Origin: Steroidobacteraceae bacterium
GTDB lineage: Bacteria > Pseudomonadota > Gammaproteobacteria > Steroidobacterales > Steroidobacteraceae
Length of the DNA stretch: 58,388 nt
Reading direction: 5' to 3'
Assembly (NCBI GenBank): GCA_036000265.1
Contig: DASYGA010000362.1
Location: 1 to 58,388, forward strand
Shown: one piece after another, positions 28,253 to 36,496 of the stretch
Position numbering within the stretch: the stretch's first letter is position 1
How the letters are laid out: the number at the start of each line of letters is the position of its first letter
Notes under the pieces: model-generated
Seen by the model: the letters and a program-made list of their open reading frames with translations, nothing else
Databases searched by the model: none
Told to the model about the DNA's origin: nothing
Made by a program: the position numbers and the translations under genes

Positions 28253-28353
28253 GTGGACATCCTACGCCGCCGGACCGGGTGGAACTACGGTCGGCATACT
28301 ACCGCCAAGCCTGCGGATTAGAATCGGGCTCCAACTGAGTCCGGAGGAGCGCG

Positions 28354-29367
28354 ATGACTGAGAATGCACCCGTCCCACAGGCGCAGAGCATGCGCGCGAT
28401 CAGCCGCCGGGCTTTCCTCGGCGCCGCAGCCGCGGTGGGCTGCACGGCCGCTACGCCTGGATTCAGTGCGCCGGCCCTGCCCCGCGGCTTCTTCGCCGGC
28501 CATCAGCTGCCGATTGGCCTGCAGCTCTACACACTCGGTGACGCGCCGTACCGTGACCTCGACGGTACGCTGCGGGAGGTCGCCGGGATCGGCTACCGGA
28601 CGGTGGAGAGCGTCGGCTTCATGAAGCGCACGGCCCCGGCGTTTCGCGCGGCGCTGGATGGGGCGGCTCTCGCCTGTCCCAGTGCACACGTGCCGCTGCA
28701 GCCGGACGCAAGCGGCGGCCCGACGCTCGCAGGCGATGTGGGCAAGCTTGCGGCCGACATGCACCGCATCGGTGTCGAGTACGTCGTGGTGCCCATATTC
28801 GCCGTGCCGCAACGCTTCGGCGGACCCCGCAAAGGAGAGGACGGAGTCGAGTTCCTGAGCCGCGCCGGCGCGCAGATGACGGCCGATGACTGGCGGCACC
28901 TCGCCGCGCAGCTCAATGACAAGGGCGCCGCCCTCAAGCGCGAGGGGTTGAAGCTCGCCTATCACAATCATAACGTCGAGTTCACCCGGCTCGGGTCCAG
29001 GACTGCATACGAGTTGCTGCTCGAGAACACCGAGCCCGGTGCCGTCTGGTTCGAGATGGACGTCGGCTGGGTAGCCGCCGCGGGCGTGGACCCCATCCGG
29101 TTGCTGCGGGCGCACCGGCAGCGCTTCCGGCTGATGCACGTCAAGGACATCAAGGCGAGCACCGCGCCCAATCAGTCTTTCAAGATGGACCCGGCCGATG
29201 TGGGATCGGGGACCCTGGATTGGAAGTCCATCCTGCCGGTCGGCTATGACGCTGGAGTCAGGTACTACTATGTGGAGCAAGAGCCGCCATTCGCCGGGCC
29301 GCGGATGGATGCGGCACGGGCGGACTATGAATACCTCGCGCGGGTTGGGCTGGAGCGCGAGGTCTGA
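28354..29367 (+). CDS. Tat-exported sugar phosphate isomerase/epimerase (xylose-isomerase-like TIM barrel)
   Basis: GGAGGA SD. Twin-arginine signal SRRAFLGAAAAVG. LQLYTL..., GYRTVE, YHNHNVEF and YYYVEQE are typical AP_endonuc_2 barrel segments. Confidence 0.8.
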   Translation: MTENAPVPQAQSMRAISRRAFLGAAAAVGCTAATPGFSAPALPRGFFAGHQLPIGLQLYTLGDAPYRDLDGTLREVAGIGYRTVESVGFMKRTAPAFRAALDGAALACPSAHVPLQPDASGGPTLAGDVGKLAADMHRIGVEYVVVPIFAVPQRFGGPRKGEDGVEFLSRAGAQMTADDWRHLAAQLNDKGAALKREGLKLAYHNHNVEFTRLGSRTAYELLLENTEPGAVWFEMDVGWVAAAGVDPIRLLRAHRQRFRLMHVKDIKASTAPNQSFKMDPADVGSGTLDWKSILPVGYDAGVRYYYVEQEPPFAGPRMDAARADYEYLARVGLEREV

Positions 29368-29552
29368 GTCCCAAGAAATAGGGGGCTGCAGCCGGCTGCG
29401 GCGGAGGCGTTGCGGCCGAGCCAGACGGCCTGGGGCCAGGGTGGGGTTGCGCGTGGCGGTTTGCGGCTCGACAGGCCGCGGGCGAAGGCGGAGAATCGCG
29501 CGCGGCCGCTAGAACAGGCGAGGTCCCATTATTACAAGGGGAGACAGCCAAC

Positions 29553-30803
29553 ATGACCATGCGTAGCCGAACCCGCGCCACCCTTGCTTTGACGCTCTCA
29601 GCCGCTGCCGGCATTGCGGTCCTGTCCGCTCCTGCGAGCGCCGACGTGACCGTCGGGCAGAAGACTTCAATGAGCCTCGGCGGAATCAACATCGACGTCG
29701 ACTCGGTGGAGCGCACCAGTGCCGAGAAGCAGCGCAGCGACTCGACGGTGACCTGCCACGGCCTGCTCTCGCTCTTCTGCCACGGGGCGCAGGGCGGCCG
29801 GATCGTGCGTCTCGACAAGCAGCTCGAATGGGAGCTGCAGCCGCAGAAGAAGCTCTATAGCGAGCGCTCCTTCCCGACACCCGGGCAGCGCGCCGCGGCG
29901 CAGAAGCAGATCGATGCGGCCATGGCGGAGATGAAGAAGTGCCCGATGCCACAGGCGCAGGGCTCCTCACAGGCATCGGCGCCCGATACCTCGCACTGCC
30001 AGCTCAGCTCTCCGGTGCTCGAAGTGACGCCCACCGACGAGCATGCCACCATTCTCGGGCACGATACGCACAAGACGACCGTGGTGCTGTCGCAGACCTG
30101 CACCGACACGCAGACCGGAGACGTTTGTCAGATCGAATACGGCTTCGACACGTGGGTCACCGAGGATGAGATTCCGGGGACCGGGGAGCGCAACGCGTTC
30201 CTGAGGAAGTACCTCGAGTCGCAGGGACTGGACCCGGACAGTCCACGGTTGCAGCACACGCTGCAGCAGTTCATGGCTCCCTACGCGGGTACGCTCAAAC
30301 AGCTGCAGGGCAAGGCGGCGGACCTGAAAGGCTATCCACTGCGTACCGCCTTCTACATGGCGTTCGGCGGTCCCCATTGCGGCAGGGCGAAGCAGGCCGA
30401 ACAGCAGCAGCAGGCGAGCAGCCACAGCCCCCTCAGCATGCACGGGATCGCCTCCAGTGCGCTCGCCGGCGGGCTCTCGGGCCTGTTTCATCGCGGTGCC
30501 GCGGCCATTCATGGCGACTCGGTGGGCGGGGCGGCGGCAGCCAGCGCGGCGAATGAGGCGTCCCAGCCCGCAGCCGACGCTGCGGCAAGCTCGATGGCGC
30601 AGCCTTCCTCGAGTGGCGCCACGGCAGTCGCGCCCGCGCCGGGAGCGCTCATCCGGGTCGTGTCGCTCACCACGGAGACGACATCCGTGGATGCATCGAG
30701 CATTCCGTCGGATCAGTTCGAGATCCCCGCCGACTGGAAGCTCGAGCCGCAGAAACAGATGACCGCGAGCCGTGCACCGAAATGCCCGACCGCGGATAAG
30801 TGA
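29553..30803 (+). CDS. secreted protein of unknown function (Cys-containing N-terminal half, Ala/Ser/Gln-rich linker)
   Basis: Signal peptide MTMRSRTRATLALTLSAAAGIAVLSAPASA. No motif I recognise. Good SD (AAGGGGAG). Confidence 0.6.
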   Translation: MTMRSRTRATLALTLSAAAGIAVLSAPASADVTVGQKTSMSLGGINIDVDSVERTSAEKQRSDSTVTCHGLLSLFCHGAQGGRIVRLDKQLEWELQPQKKLYSERSFPTPGQRAAAQKQIDAAMAEMKKCPMPQAQGSSQASAPDTSHCQLSSPVLEVTPTDEHATILGHDTHKTTVVLSQTCTDTQTGDVCQIEYGFDTWVTEDEIPGTGERNAFLRKYLESQGLDPDSPRLQHTLQQFMAPYAGTLKQLQGKAADLKGYPLRTAFYMAFGGPHCGRAKQAEQQQQASSHSPLSMHGIASSALAGGLSGLFHRGAAAIHGDSVGGAAAASAANEASQPAADAAASSMAQPSSSGATAVAPAPGALIRVVSLTTETTSVDASSIPSDQFEIPADWKLEPQKQMTASRAPKCPTADK

Positions 30804-30918
30804 TCGGCGTCCGCTGCCGGCCTCGCGCCGTGCGACATAGGGCCACTTTCCTGGCGCGATCCCCCTCGGGACGCGCCAGGCTTCTGTCCGGCGCCCATAA
30901 ATAGCCAGAATCCTGGTA

Positions 30919-30944
30919 AACGCTCCGGGCGGCAGGCGAGTCTA
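30919..30944 (+). promoter_or_regulatory. candidate ECF-type promoter AAC-N2-TCCGGG-N11-TCTA upstream of the ECF sigma gene
   Basis: ggtaAACgcTCCGGGcggcaggcgagTCTAaagg. The same gapped 13-nt pattern with identical spacing occurs upstream of the DUF4097 paralog at 52789-52814(-). It lies only 9 nt before ATG 30954, so either the mRNA is near-leaderless or the true start is downstream. Confidence 0.3.
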
Positions 30945-30953
30945 AAGGACTGA

Positions 30954-31538
30954 ATGGTCTCGGCTGCGCAAAATGAGTCGATCGAGTGGGAGCCGGCGCT
31001 CGTGCAGCGCGCCGCGGGTGGCGATGTTCGTGCCTTCGAGCGCCTGTACCGCCACCACGTCGGAAGCGTATACGGACTATGCCTGCGACTGACGCGTGAC
31101 GCGGTAGGCGCCGAAGATTGTGCGCAGGAGGCCTTCTTGAATGCGTGGCGAGCGTTGAAGCGCTTCGAGACGCGGAGCAGCTTCGGCACCTGGCTGCACC
31201 GCATTGCCGTAAACGTGGTCCTGAGCCGCCGCCGCAAGGTTGCGGCGCAGCCCGAATTGCCGCCATTGCCGGCGGGCGGGGAAGAAGACGGGGAGCACGC
31301 GAGGGCGGCGGGGGAATGGGCGCTCGACACACCGGTCGAGGAACGTGAGATCGAAGCCGCCGTCGCTGCACTGCCCGACGGTGCGCGCGATGCGCTGGTG
31401 CTGTGCGGAATCTATGGGTACTCGCATCCGGAGGCAGCGCGGATGCTCGGCCTCGCGGAGGGCACCTGCAAGGCGCAATTGCACCGCGCTCGTGCGCTCC
31501 TGCGCGCCAGGCTCGAGATGGAGGGTCATCGGTCATGA
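30954..31538 (+). CDS. ECF-family RNA polymerase sigma-70 factor
   Basis: Region 2 (GDVRAFERLYRHHVGSVYGLCLRL, DCAQEAFLNAWRAL) and region 4 (YSHPEAARMLGLAEGTCKAQLHRARALLRARL). Confidence 0.9.
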   Translation: MVSAAQNESIEWEPALVQRAAGGDVRAFERLYRHHVGSVYGLCLRLTRDAVGAEDCAQEAFLNAWRALKRFETRSSFGTWLHRIAVNVVLSRRRKVAAQPELPPLPAGGEEDGEHARAAGEWALDTPVEEREIEAAVAALPDGARDALVLCGIYGYSHPEAARMLGLAEGTCKAQLHRARALLRARLEMEGHRS

Positions 31539-32131
31539 ACGATCCGGCGCATTCCAAGGTCAGTCGCCTCCGCGACTTGCCCCGCGAAATTCCACCGCCG
31601 CACGATGGTTGGCCGCAGCTGGAGGCGAAGCTGCGCGAGAGCGGCGTGCCTCAGTCGGACGCTGGCGCCGGGTGGCGCAGCGCGGAGGAGCCGGCACGTC
31701 GCTGGCGGCCGCGCCCGCTGCACGTTGCGGCGCTTGCCGCGCTTCTCGCCGCCGTCGTGGTGGGGATCTCCATCGATCGGTGGGTGCTTTCTCCCGCTCC
31801 TGCGCCCACGCCAGCTGTCGCCGCCCGGGGCAGCGGCGCAGCGGACCGGGGAGTACCCGTGTCCTACATAACCGACCCGCGATATCTGCGCGAGAGAGCG
31901 GCGCTCCTGCGCTCGCTCGACGCGCGGCTCGCAAGGCTGCCGCCGCCCAGCCGTAAAAGAGTCCTCGATAGTCTGGCCACCATCGAGCAGTCGATACGCG
32001 ACATCCAGCAGGCGCTGGGCCGCGAGCCCGGGAACGCCCTGCTGCAAGAGCTCCTGATCGATACCTGTCAAAACGAAATGCAATTGCTGTCTACCGTCCA
32101 GGAGGCGAGCGGCGGCAGTGGAGAGACTTGA
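31535..32131 (+). CDS. putative single-pass anti-sigma factor
   Basis: The ATG overlaps the sigma stop (ATGA). One TM helix (HVAALAALLAAVVVGISI). No HxxxCxxC zinc motif seen. The call rests mainly on position. Confidence 0.55.
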   Translation: MNDPAHSKVSRLRDLPREIPPPHDGWPQLEAKLRESGVPQSDAGAGWRSAEEPARRWRPRPLHVAALAALLAAVVVGISIDRWVLSPAPAPTPAVAARGSGAADRGVPVSYITDPRYLRERAALLRSLDARLARLPPPSRKRVLDSLATIEQSIRDIQQALGREPGNALLQELLIDTCQNEMQLLSTVQEASGGSGET

Positions 32132-32133
32132 AT

Positions 32134-33048
32134 ATGAGCACATCCTTCCTTCGCACCGCAGTCGCGGCCACAGGGCTGGCGCTTGTCGCCGCAACGGCTC
32201 ACGCAGGCACCTTCCAACGGCAGGTCGCCGCGCAGGCGCGTGGCGAGGTCGACATCAGCAACATCGCCGGACAGATCGTGATCCGTGGGTGGGACCAGCC
32301 GGAGGTGTCCGTCACCGCGGATCTTCCGAGCGACACGCAGCGGGTCAGAGTGACGAGCGGGCACGGCCGTACGAGCGTTTGCGTCACGTACAGCGACTCG
32401 GATGGTTGTAACTCGCCTGGCGGGTTCACTACGCACAGCCCGGTCCGCCTCGAGGTTCAAGTGCCGCGGCACAGCGAGCTCGACGTCGCCGGGGTCAGTG
32501 CCGGCATCACCTCGCGCAGCGTGCTCGGCGGTCAACACCTGCACACCGTCAGCGGCGACATCGACGCCGACCTCGGGGCGGGGAATGACGAAGTCATCTC
32601 GGTGAGCGGCAGCATCGAGCTGCATGGCAGTGGCCAGGATGGTGCGCTTCACGTCACCAGCGTGAGCGGCGATCTGACTGTGACCAACGCTGCCGGCGAG
32701 CTCGAGGCGAGGACCGTCAACGGACGGTTGCGCGCGCAGCTCGCGCCCGCGCGGCTCGTGCGCCTCAACACCACTTCCGGCGACATCGGCCTGAACGCGC
32801 GGCTCACCGCCGGTGGAACGATCGAGACCGAGACGGTGAGCGGCGATGAGAAGATCGAAGTGTCCGCGCCAGCGGGATACTCCTACGAGGCGCGGACCTT
32901 CAGCGGCGACATCGGCGACTGCTTCGGCCAGCAGCCCGACAAGAGCGGCTACGGGCCCGGCAGCCGCCTGAGCGGCACGCGTGGGAGCGGCCACGGCCAC
33001 GTGCGGATCAAGAGCTTGAGCGGCGGAATATCGCTATGCGATCACTGA
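32134..33048 (+). CDS. DUF4097-like repeat (putative adhesin / beta-helix) secreted protein
   Basis: Signal MSTSFLRTAVAATGLALVAATAHA. Repeated (V/T)SGDI-type units (VSGDIDADLG, VSGSIELHG, VSGDLTVTN, TSGDIGLNA, LSGGISLCDH). The ORF track start (TTG 32128) overlaps the anti-sigma stop. Confidence 0.75.
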   Translation: MSTSFLRTAVAATGLALVAATAHAGTFQRQVAAQARGEVDISNIAGQIVIRGWDQPEVSVTADLPSDTQRVRVTSGHGRTSVCVTYSDSDGCNSPGGFTTHSPVRLEVQVPRHSELDVAGVSAGITSRSVLGGQHLHTVSGDIDADLGAGNDEVISVSGSIELHGSGQDGALHVTSVSGDLTVTNAAGELEARTVNGRLRAQLAPARLVRLNTTSGDIGLNARLTAGGTIETETVSGDEKIEVSAPAGYSYEARTFSGDIGDCFGQQPDKSGYGPGSRLSGTRGSGHGHVRIKSLSGGISLCDH

Positions 33049-33079
33049 GGATCGCGCGCGGTTCGGCCGCCGGAGCACC

Positions 33080-33910
33080 TCAACGCTGCGGTTTCACGAA
33101 CTTGAGCGTCATCCGGTCCGACTCCCCGATTGCGCGCATCTTCGCCTGCTCACCGGCAGGGCCGGACAGGTCGGGCGGAAGGCGGTGCACATTCACGGTC
33201 TCGTTATCCTTCGGGTTGGCATTGGCCTCCGACACGCCGGCCAGCTGAAAGCCGGTCTTCAGGCCGAGCTCGATCACGTAGTCCTCCGGGATGCGGTGCA
33301 GAGTACGTGACGCCGCCACTGCGCTCTCATAGGGCCGTGCCCGATGCTCGGTGACACCAAACACGCCGCCGGGCTTGAGGACCTTATATGCGGCCTGGAA
33401 CACGGCCGCGAGCGTTGCCGGGCTGTCGTTCAGCCAGTCATGGAGGTTGCGGAAGGTCAGTACCATGTCTGCCGAATCCGGAGCACCCAGATTGACTTGA
33501 GCGGGCGGCGCGAATGGAATCGTCTTGACGTTGCCGTAAACCGCCGGGTCGGACGCGAGCTTCTTCTGGAATGCCGTCGCCATCCGCCGCATGAAGGGGC
33601 TGCCGGCATCGGCCGGCGGCGCAGCCTCGATGAGATGGCCGCGATCGTGCAGTACCGGCGCGAGTATCTCCGTGTACCAGCCCCCGCCCGGCGCCAGCTC
33701 CAGGACCGTCAAGTCGGGGCGAAGGCCGAAGAACTCCAGGGTCTGGAGCGGATGCCGGTAGCGGTCGCGCTCTTTATGGGCGCCGGAGCGCCATGAGCCA
33801 TCGATGGCGTGTTGCAGAGGTGCTTCGGCCGCGCGAGCGGAACAAGGTATTGCGGGCAGTGCGCACAATGCCAGGGACGCGGTAAGGAGCCAGGGGCTGA
33901 AGATTCGCAT
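33080..33910 (-). CDS. periplasmic class I SAM-dependent methyltransferase
   Basis: Signal peptide MRIFSPWLLTASLALCALPAIPCSARA. Motif I VLELAPGGGWYTEILAP. LKPGGVFGVTEH. Confidence 0.8.
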   Translation of the reverse strand: MRIFSPWLLTASLALCALPAIPCSARAAEAPLQHAIDGSWRSGAHKERDRYRHPLQTLEFFGLRPDLTVLELAPGGGWYTEILAPVLHDRGHLIEAAPPADAGSPFMRRMATAFQKKLASDPAVYGNVKTIPFAPPAQVNLGAPDSADMVLTFRNLHDWLNDSPATLAAVFQAAYKVLKPGGVFGVTEHRARPYESAVAASRTLHRIPEDYVIELGLKTGFQLAGVSEANANPKDNETVNVHRLPPDLSGPAGEQAKMRAIGESDRMTLKFVKPQR

Positions 33911-34041
33911 GGCGGGCTTCTGTTGGCTTCGAGGGGGGGAATCCCGGCGCGTATGATCCGCTGCCGCACAAGCTCACGCAAGCGCCGCCCGGACCCTACG
34001 AGCGGCGTAGGACCCGGGCTGGCGAGGGGCGCGAAGCGCCG

Positions 34042-34335
34042 CTATTCCGGAACTTTGATCTTGTTGTGTACTTCGCGGACGCCGTCGATCTTCTTCGCAT
34101 CCTGCTCGGCTCTGTCCTTGGCGTCCTCCGTCTTTACCATGCCACGGAGCGTCACGACGCCGTTCACCGTGGCGACGTGAATATTGACGGCCTTGGTGCC
34201 AGGATCGGCCGCAAGCTCGGCTTTCACCTTGGTGGTGATATACGAGTCCTTGATCGGATGATGGCTGCCGTTATCCGCGAAGGCGACGGCGCTGGTCAGC
34301 GACAGGGCTGCGAGCGCCAAGAGATACTTGCGCAT
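34042..34335 (-). CDS. BON-domain (OsmY-like) periplasmic protein
   Basis: MRKYLLALAALSLTSAVAFA signal. ITTKVKAELAADPGTKAVNIHVATVNGVVTLRGMV is a BON domain. ATG 34335 lies 5 nt after GAGGAG. The ORF track start is GTG 34341. Confidence 0.85.
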   Translation of the reverse strand: MRKYLLALAALSLTSAVAFADNGSHHPIKDSYITTKVKAELAADPGTKAVNIHVATVNGVVTLRGMVKTEDAKDRAEQDAKKIDGVREVHNKIKVPE

Positions 34336-34367
34336 AAACACTCCTCAAGGGGAAGGCTCAGCTCGAT

Positions 34368-34393
34368 AACGGGTGCGGGCACTCTCCGGTTCC
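34368..34393 (-). promoter_or_regulatory. candidate ECF-type promoter GGAAC-N17-CGTT upstream of the BON gene
   Basis: The minus strand reads GGAACcggagagtgcccgcaccCGTTatcgagc. The -10 element ends about 33 nt upstream of ATG 34335, leaving room for a short leader with the GAGGAG SD. Confidence 0.35.
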
Positions 34394-34445
34394 GCGGCCG
34401 AAAGCTTGACGGCCAGCCAAGCCCCAGCTGACCTTCAGCCGGCGT

Positions 34446-34889
34446 TCACCTGGCGAAGAGTCTGGTGATGTCGCTGAAGGCTTTGACTTCCAGCGCGTTG
34501 CCCGAAGGATCGAGGAAAAACATCGTTGCCTGCTCGCCGGGCTGCCCCTGGAATCGGATGTACGGCTCTATCAGGAAGCGCACGCCTTGCGCCCGCAGAC
34601 GGGCGGCCAGCGCTTCCCACTCCGTCATCGGCAACACGATGCCGAAATGACGCACCGGCACGCCGTGGCTGTCGACCGGGTTACGCTGCACCTCGCGGGT
34701 TTCCTCCGCAGCGAGATGCGCGACGATCTGGTGGCCGTAGAAGTTGAAATCGACCCATTCCGGCGAGCTTCGTCCTTCGGGACAGCCCAGCGTCTCGCCA
34801 TAGAAGGCGCGGGCGGCCCCGAGGTCGTGCACGGGGAATGCAAGGTGGAAGGGGGAGAGGGGGCCCGGATTGGTGGTCAAGGCGCGCAT
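34446..34889 (-). CDS. VOC (glyoxalase/bleomycin-resistance/extradiol dioxygenase) family protein
   Basis: [23 protein letters not shown] and HFGIVL...[13 protein letters not shown] are VOC fold signatures. Confidence 0.85.
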   Translation of the reverse strand: MRALTTNPGPLSPFHLAFPVHDLGAARAFYGETLGCPEGRSSPEWVDFNFYGHQIVAHLAAEETREVQRNPVDSHGVPVRHFGIVLPMTEWEALAARLRAQGVRFLIEPYIRFQGQPGEQATMFFLDPSGNALEVKAFSDITRLFAR

Positions 34890-34899
34890 GTCGACAGTC

Positions 34900-35841
34900 C
34901 TAGCGTCCGAAGGTGACGAGCGCTTCGATCAGCCGGTGGACCGAAGCGTAGAGCGGTACGGCCAGCAGCGGAACGAGCAGGGCGCACGTGAGCAGACGCC
35001 GCGCCGGGAGGCTGCGGCGTGTAGTGGACGATGGCGCCAGCAATCGCCGCACGCGATGCTCCAGGCCGCTCGCGGAGGTGCTCGGCCGAGAGCTGCGGCG
35101 CGGCCTGCTGCCCGCCATCGACAGGCGTGCCACCTTGATCAGCGCCGAAGCGAGGGCGATGCGCCGGCGCGGATCGGCGCCGCTCGCGCGCTCGTCCGCT
35201 TCGAGCTCGGTGATGGCTCGCCAGTGCTCCGCCAACGCGCTGCCCGTGGGCAGCCACGCCAGCGCATCGGGCAGGATCAGCAGTATGAGCATCTTCAGAT
35301 TGTCGCGCGAGGCCATGTGCGCCGTTTCGTGCGCGAGCACTTGCTGAAATTCCTCGTCATCGCAGGCGGCGGCGACGCAATGGGCCGCGAAGATCCGTTG
35401 CTTCCAGCCGCCCACGACACCCACGAGCGGCTCCTCCAGATCGATTACGGTCACTGCGGTGCTGTTGACTCCGGCATCGACCACGATGCGCGGCTGTGCA
35501 CCGCGCATCAGCCGCCGTGTTGCGCGCCATGCCCTCAGGCCGCGGCGAAGGCCGTCCGCCAACACGAGCAGCGCGAACAATGCGGAGAGGACCAGCAGGG
35601 GTCCCGGCCGGTCGTGCGCGTGGCGCGGCTCGTACAGCAGAAATGCCGGCAGGATCACGGTCAGGACGAGGGATGCCGATCCCATGGCGGGCAGGAGGCG
35701 AACGCCGAGCACGGCGTCCGCGTCTGTCAGATGTCGGCGCAGGCCGGCACGCCACGCCAGCACCACGCCCGCCGAAAGCAGCAGATTGAGCAGTCCATAG
35801 GCCGCCAGCAGCACCAGCGGGAATGTCATATCGAAGCTCAT
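34900..35841 (-). CDS. M56-family (BlaR1-like) membrane metalloprotease signal transducer, no sensor domain
   Basis: HExxH in [16 protein letters not shown]. Several TM helices. The ATG overlaps the blaI-like stop (ATGA). Confidence 0.8.
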   Translation of the reverse strand: MSFDMTFPLVLLAAYGLLNLLLSAGVVLAWRAGLRRHLTDADAVLGVRLLPAMGSASLVLTVILPAFLLYEPRHAHDRPGPLLVLSALFALLVLADGLRRGLRAWRATRRLMRGAQPRIVVDAGVNSTAVTVIDLEEPLVGVVGGWKQRIFAAHCVAAACDDEEFQQVLAHETAHMASRDNLKMLILLILPDALAWLPTGSALAEHWRAITELEADERASGADPRRRIALASALIKVARLSMAGSRPRRSSRPSTSASGLEHRVRRLLAPSSTTRRSLPARRLLTCALLVPLLAVPLYASVHRLIEALVTFGR

Positions 35842-36236
35842 TTATCGTCCCACTTGAGGCGCGCACGCTCGGCGCGAACCAGTGCCTCGAGCTCATCGAG
35901 AAGCTCGGCATCGGCATGGCCAACGGCTTCCACCAGCGTCGAGAGCAGCACCGTGCTGTCGCCGCAGGCGGCGAGGAGGTCGGCGACGTGCCCGGAGACC
36001 ATCTGCCCGAACAGCTGGTCGCGCGAGCAGCGCGGCTCATAGCCGAAGGCACGGCCGAGCCGGAATCGCCGCAGCACGCCTTTGCGGTAGAGGCGGTCCA
36101 GGGTGGTCATCAAAGTGGTATAGGCCAGCCGGGGGAACGACGGCTGTACGCTGCGCACCGTCGAGGCGCGGTTGCGCTGCCACAAAACCTCGAGCACTTT
36201 GAGCTCGAGCGGTCCGAGCTCCAGGCGGTCGCCCAA
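35838..36236 (-). CDS. BlaI/MecI/CopY-family transcriptional repressor
   Basis: TTG start. LGPLELKVLEVLWQRNRASTVRSV...YTTLMTTLDRLYRKGVLRR is a winged-helix Penicillinase_R pattern. Confidence 0.85.
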   Translation of the reverse strand: MGDRLELGPLELKVLEVLWQRNRASTVRSVQPSFPRLAYTTLMTTLDRLYRKGVLRRFRLGRAFGYEPRCSRDQLFGQMVSGHVADLLAACGDSTVLLSTLVEAVGHADAELLDELEALVRAERARLKWDDK

Positions 36237-36496
36237 CTCCGATCTCCGGCACTGATCGGCGCCACATCACGCCGCAGGCGCTAGCGTCTCAAGTTGCGGG
36301 CGAATCTGCAACGGGCGGGGGGCGCGAAGCCCGCCGGGACACGTCCGGCCGAGGGGATGGCGCGGCGGCTCGATTTACGATCGCTGGTAGTAGCTTCACG
36401 CCCCCTCCTATATTCCCGCCCGCCCGAAACGCTCGGTCCCGGTGGTGACCGGGCACCGCGGCACTGGACAAGTCACGTCGAATCCGAAGGCCGGTC

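Noticed and set aside
36237-36496. Possible cobalamin (or other) riboswitch in the 260-bp leader of the TonB-dependent receptor
   Set aside because: GGTGGTGACCGGGCACCGCGGCACTGG loosely recalls the cobalamin core. However, I find no B12 box (AGYCMGGAGACCTGCC-like). The spacing between elements is far too short, and a TATATT -10 candidate leaves only about an 80-nt leader. It would need an Rfam/Infernal scan to revisit.
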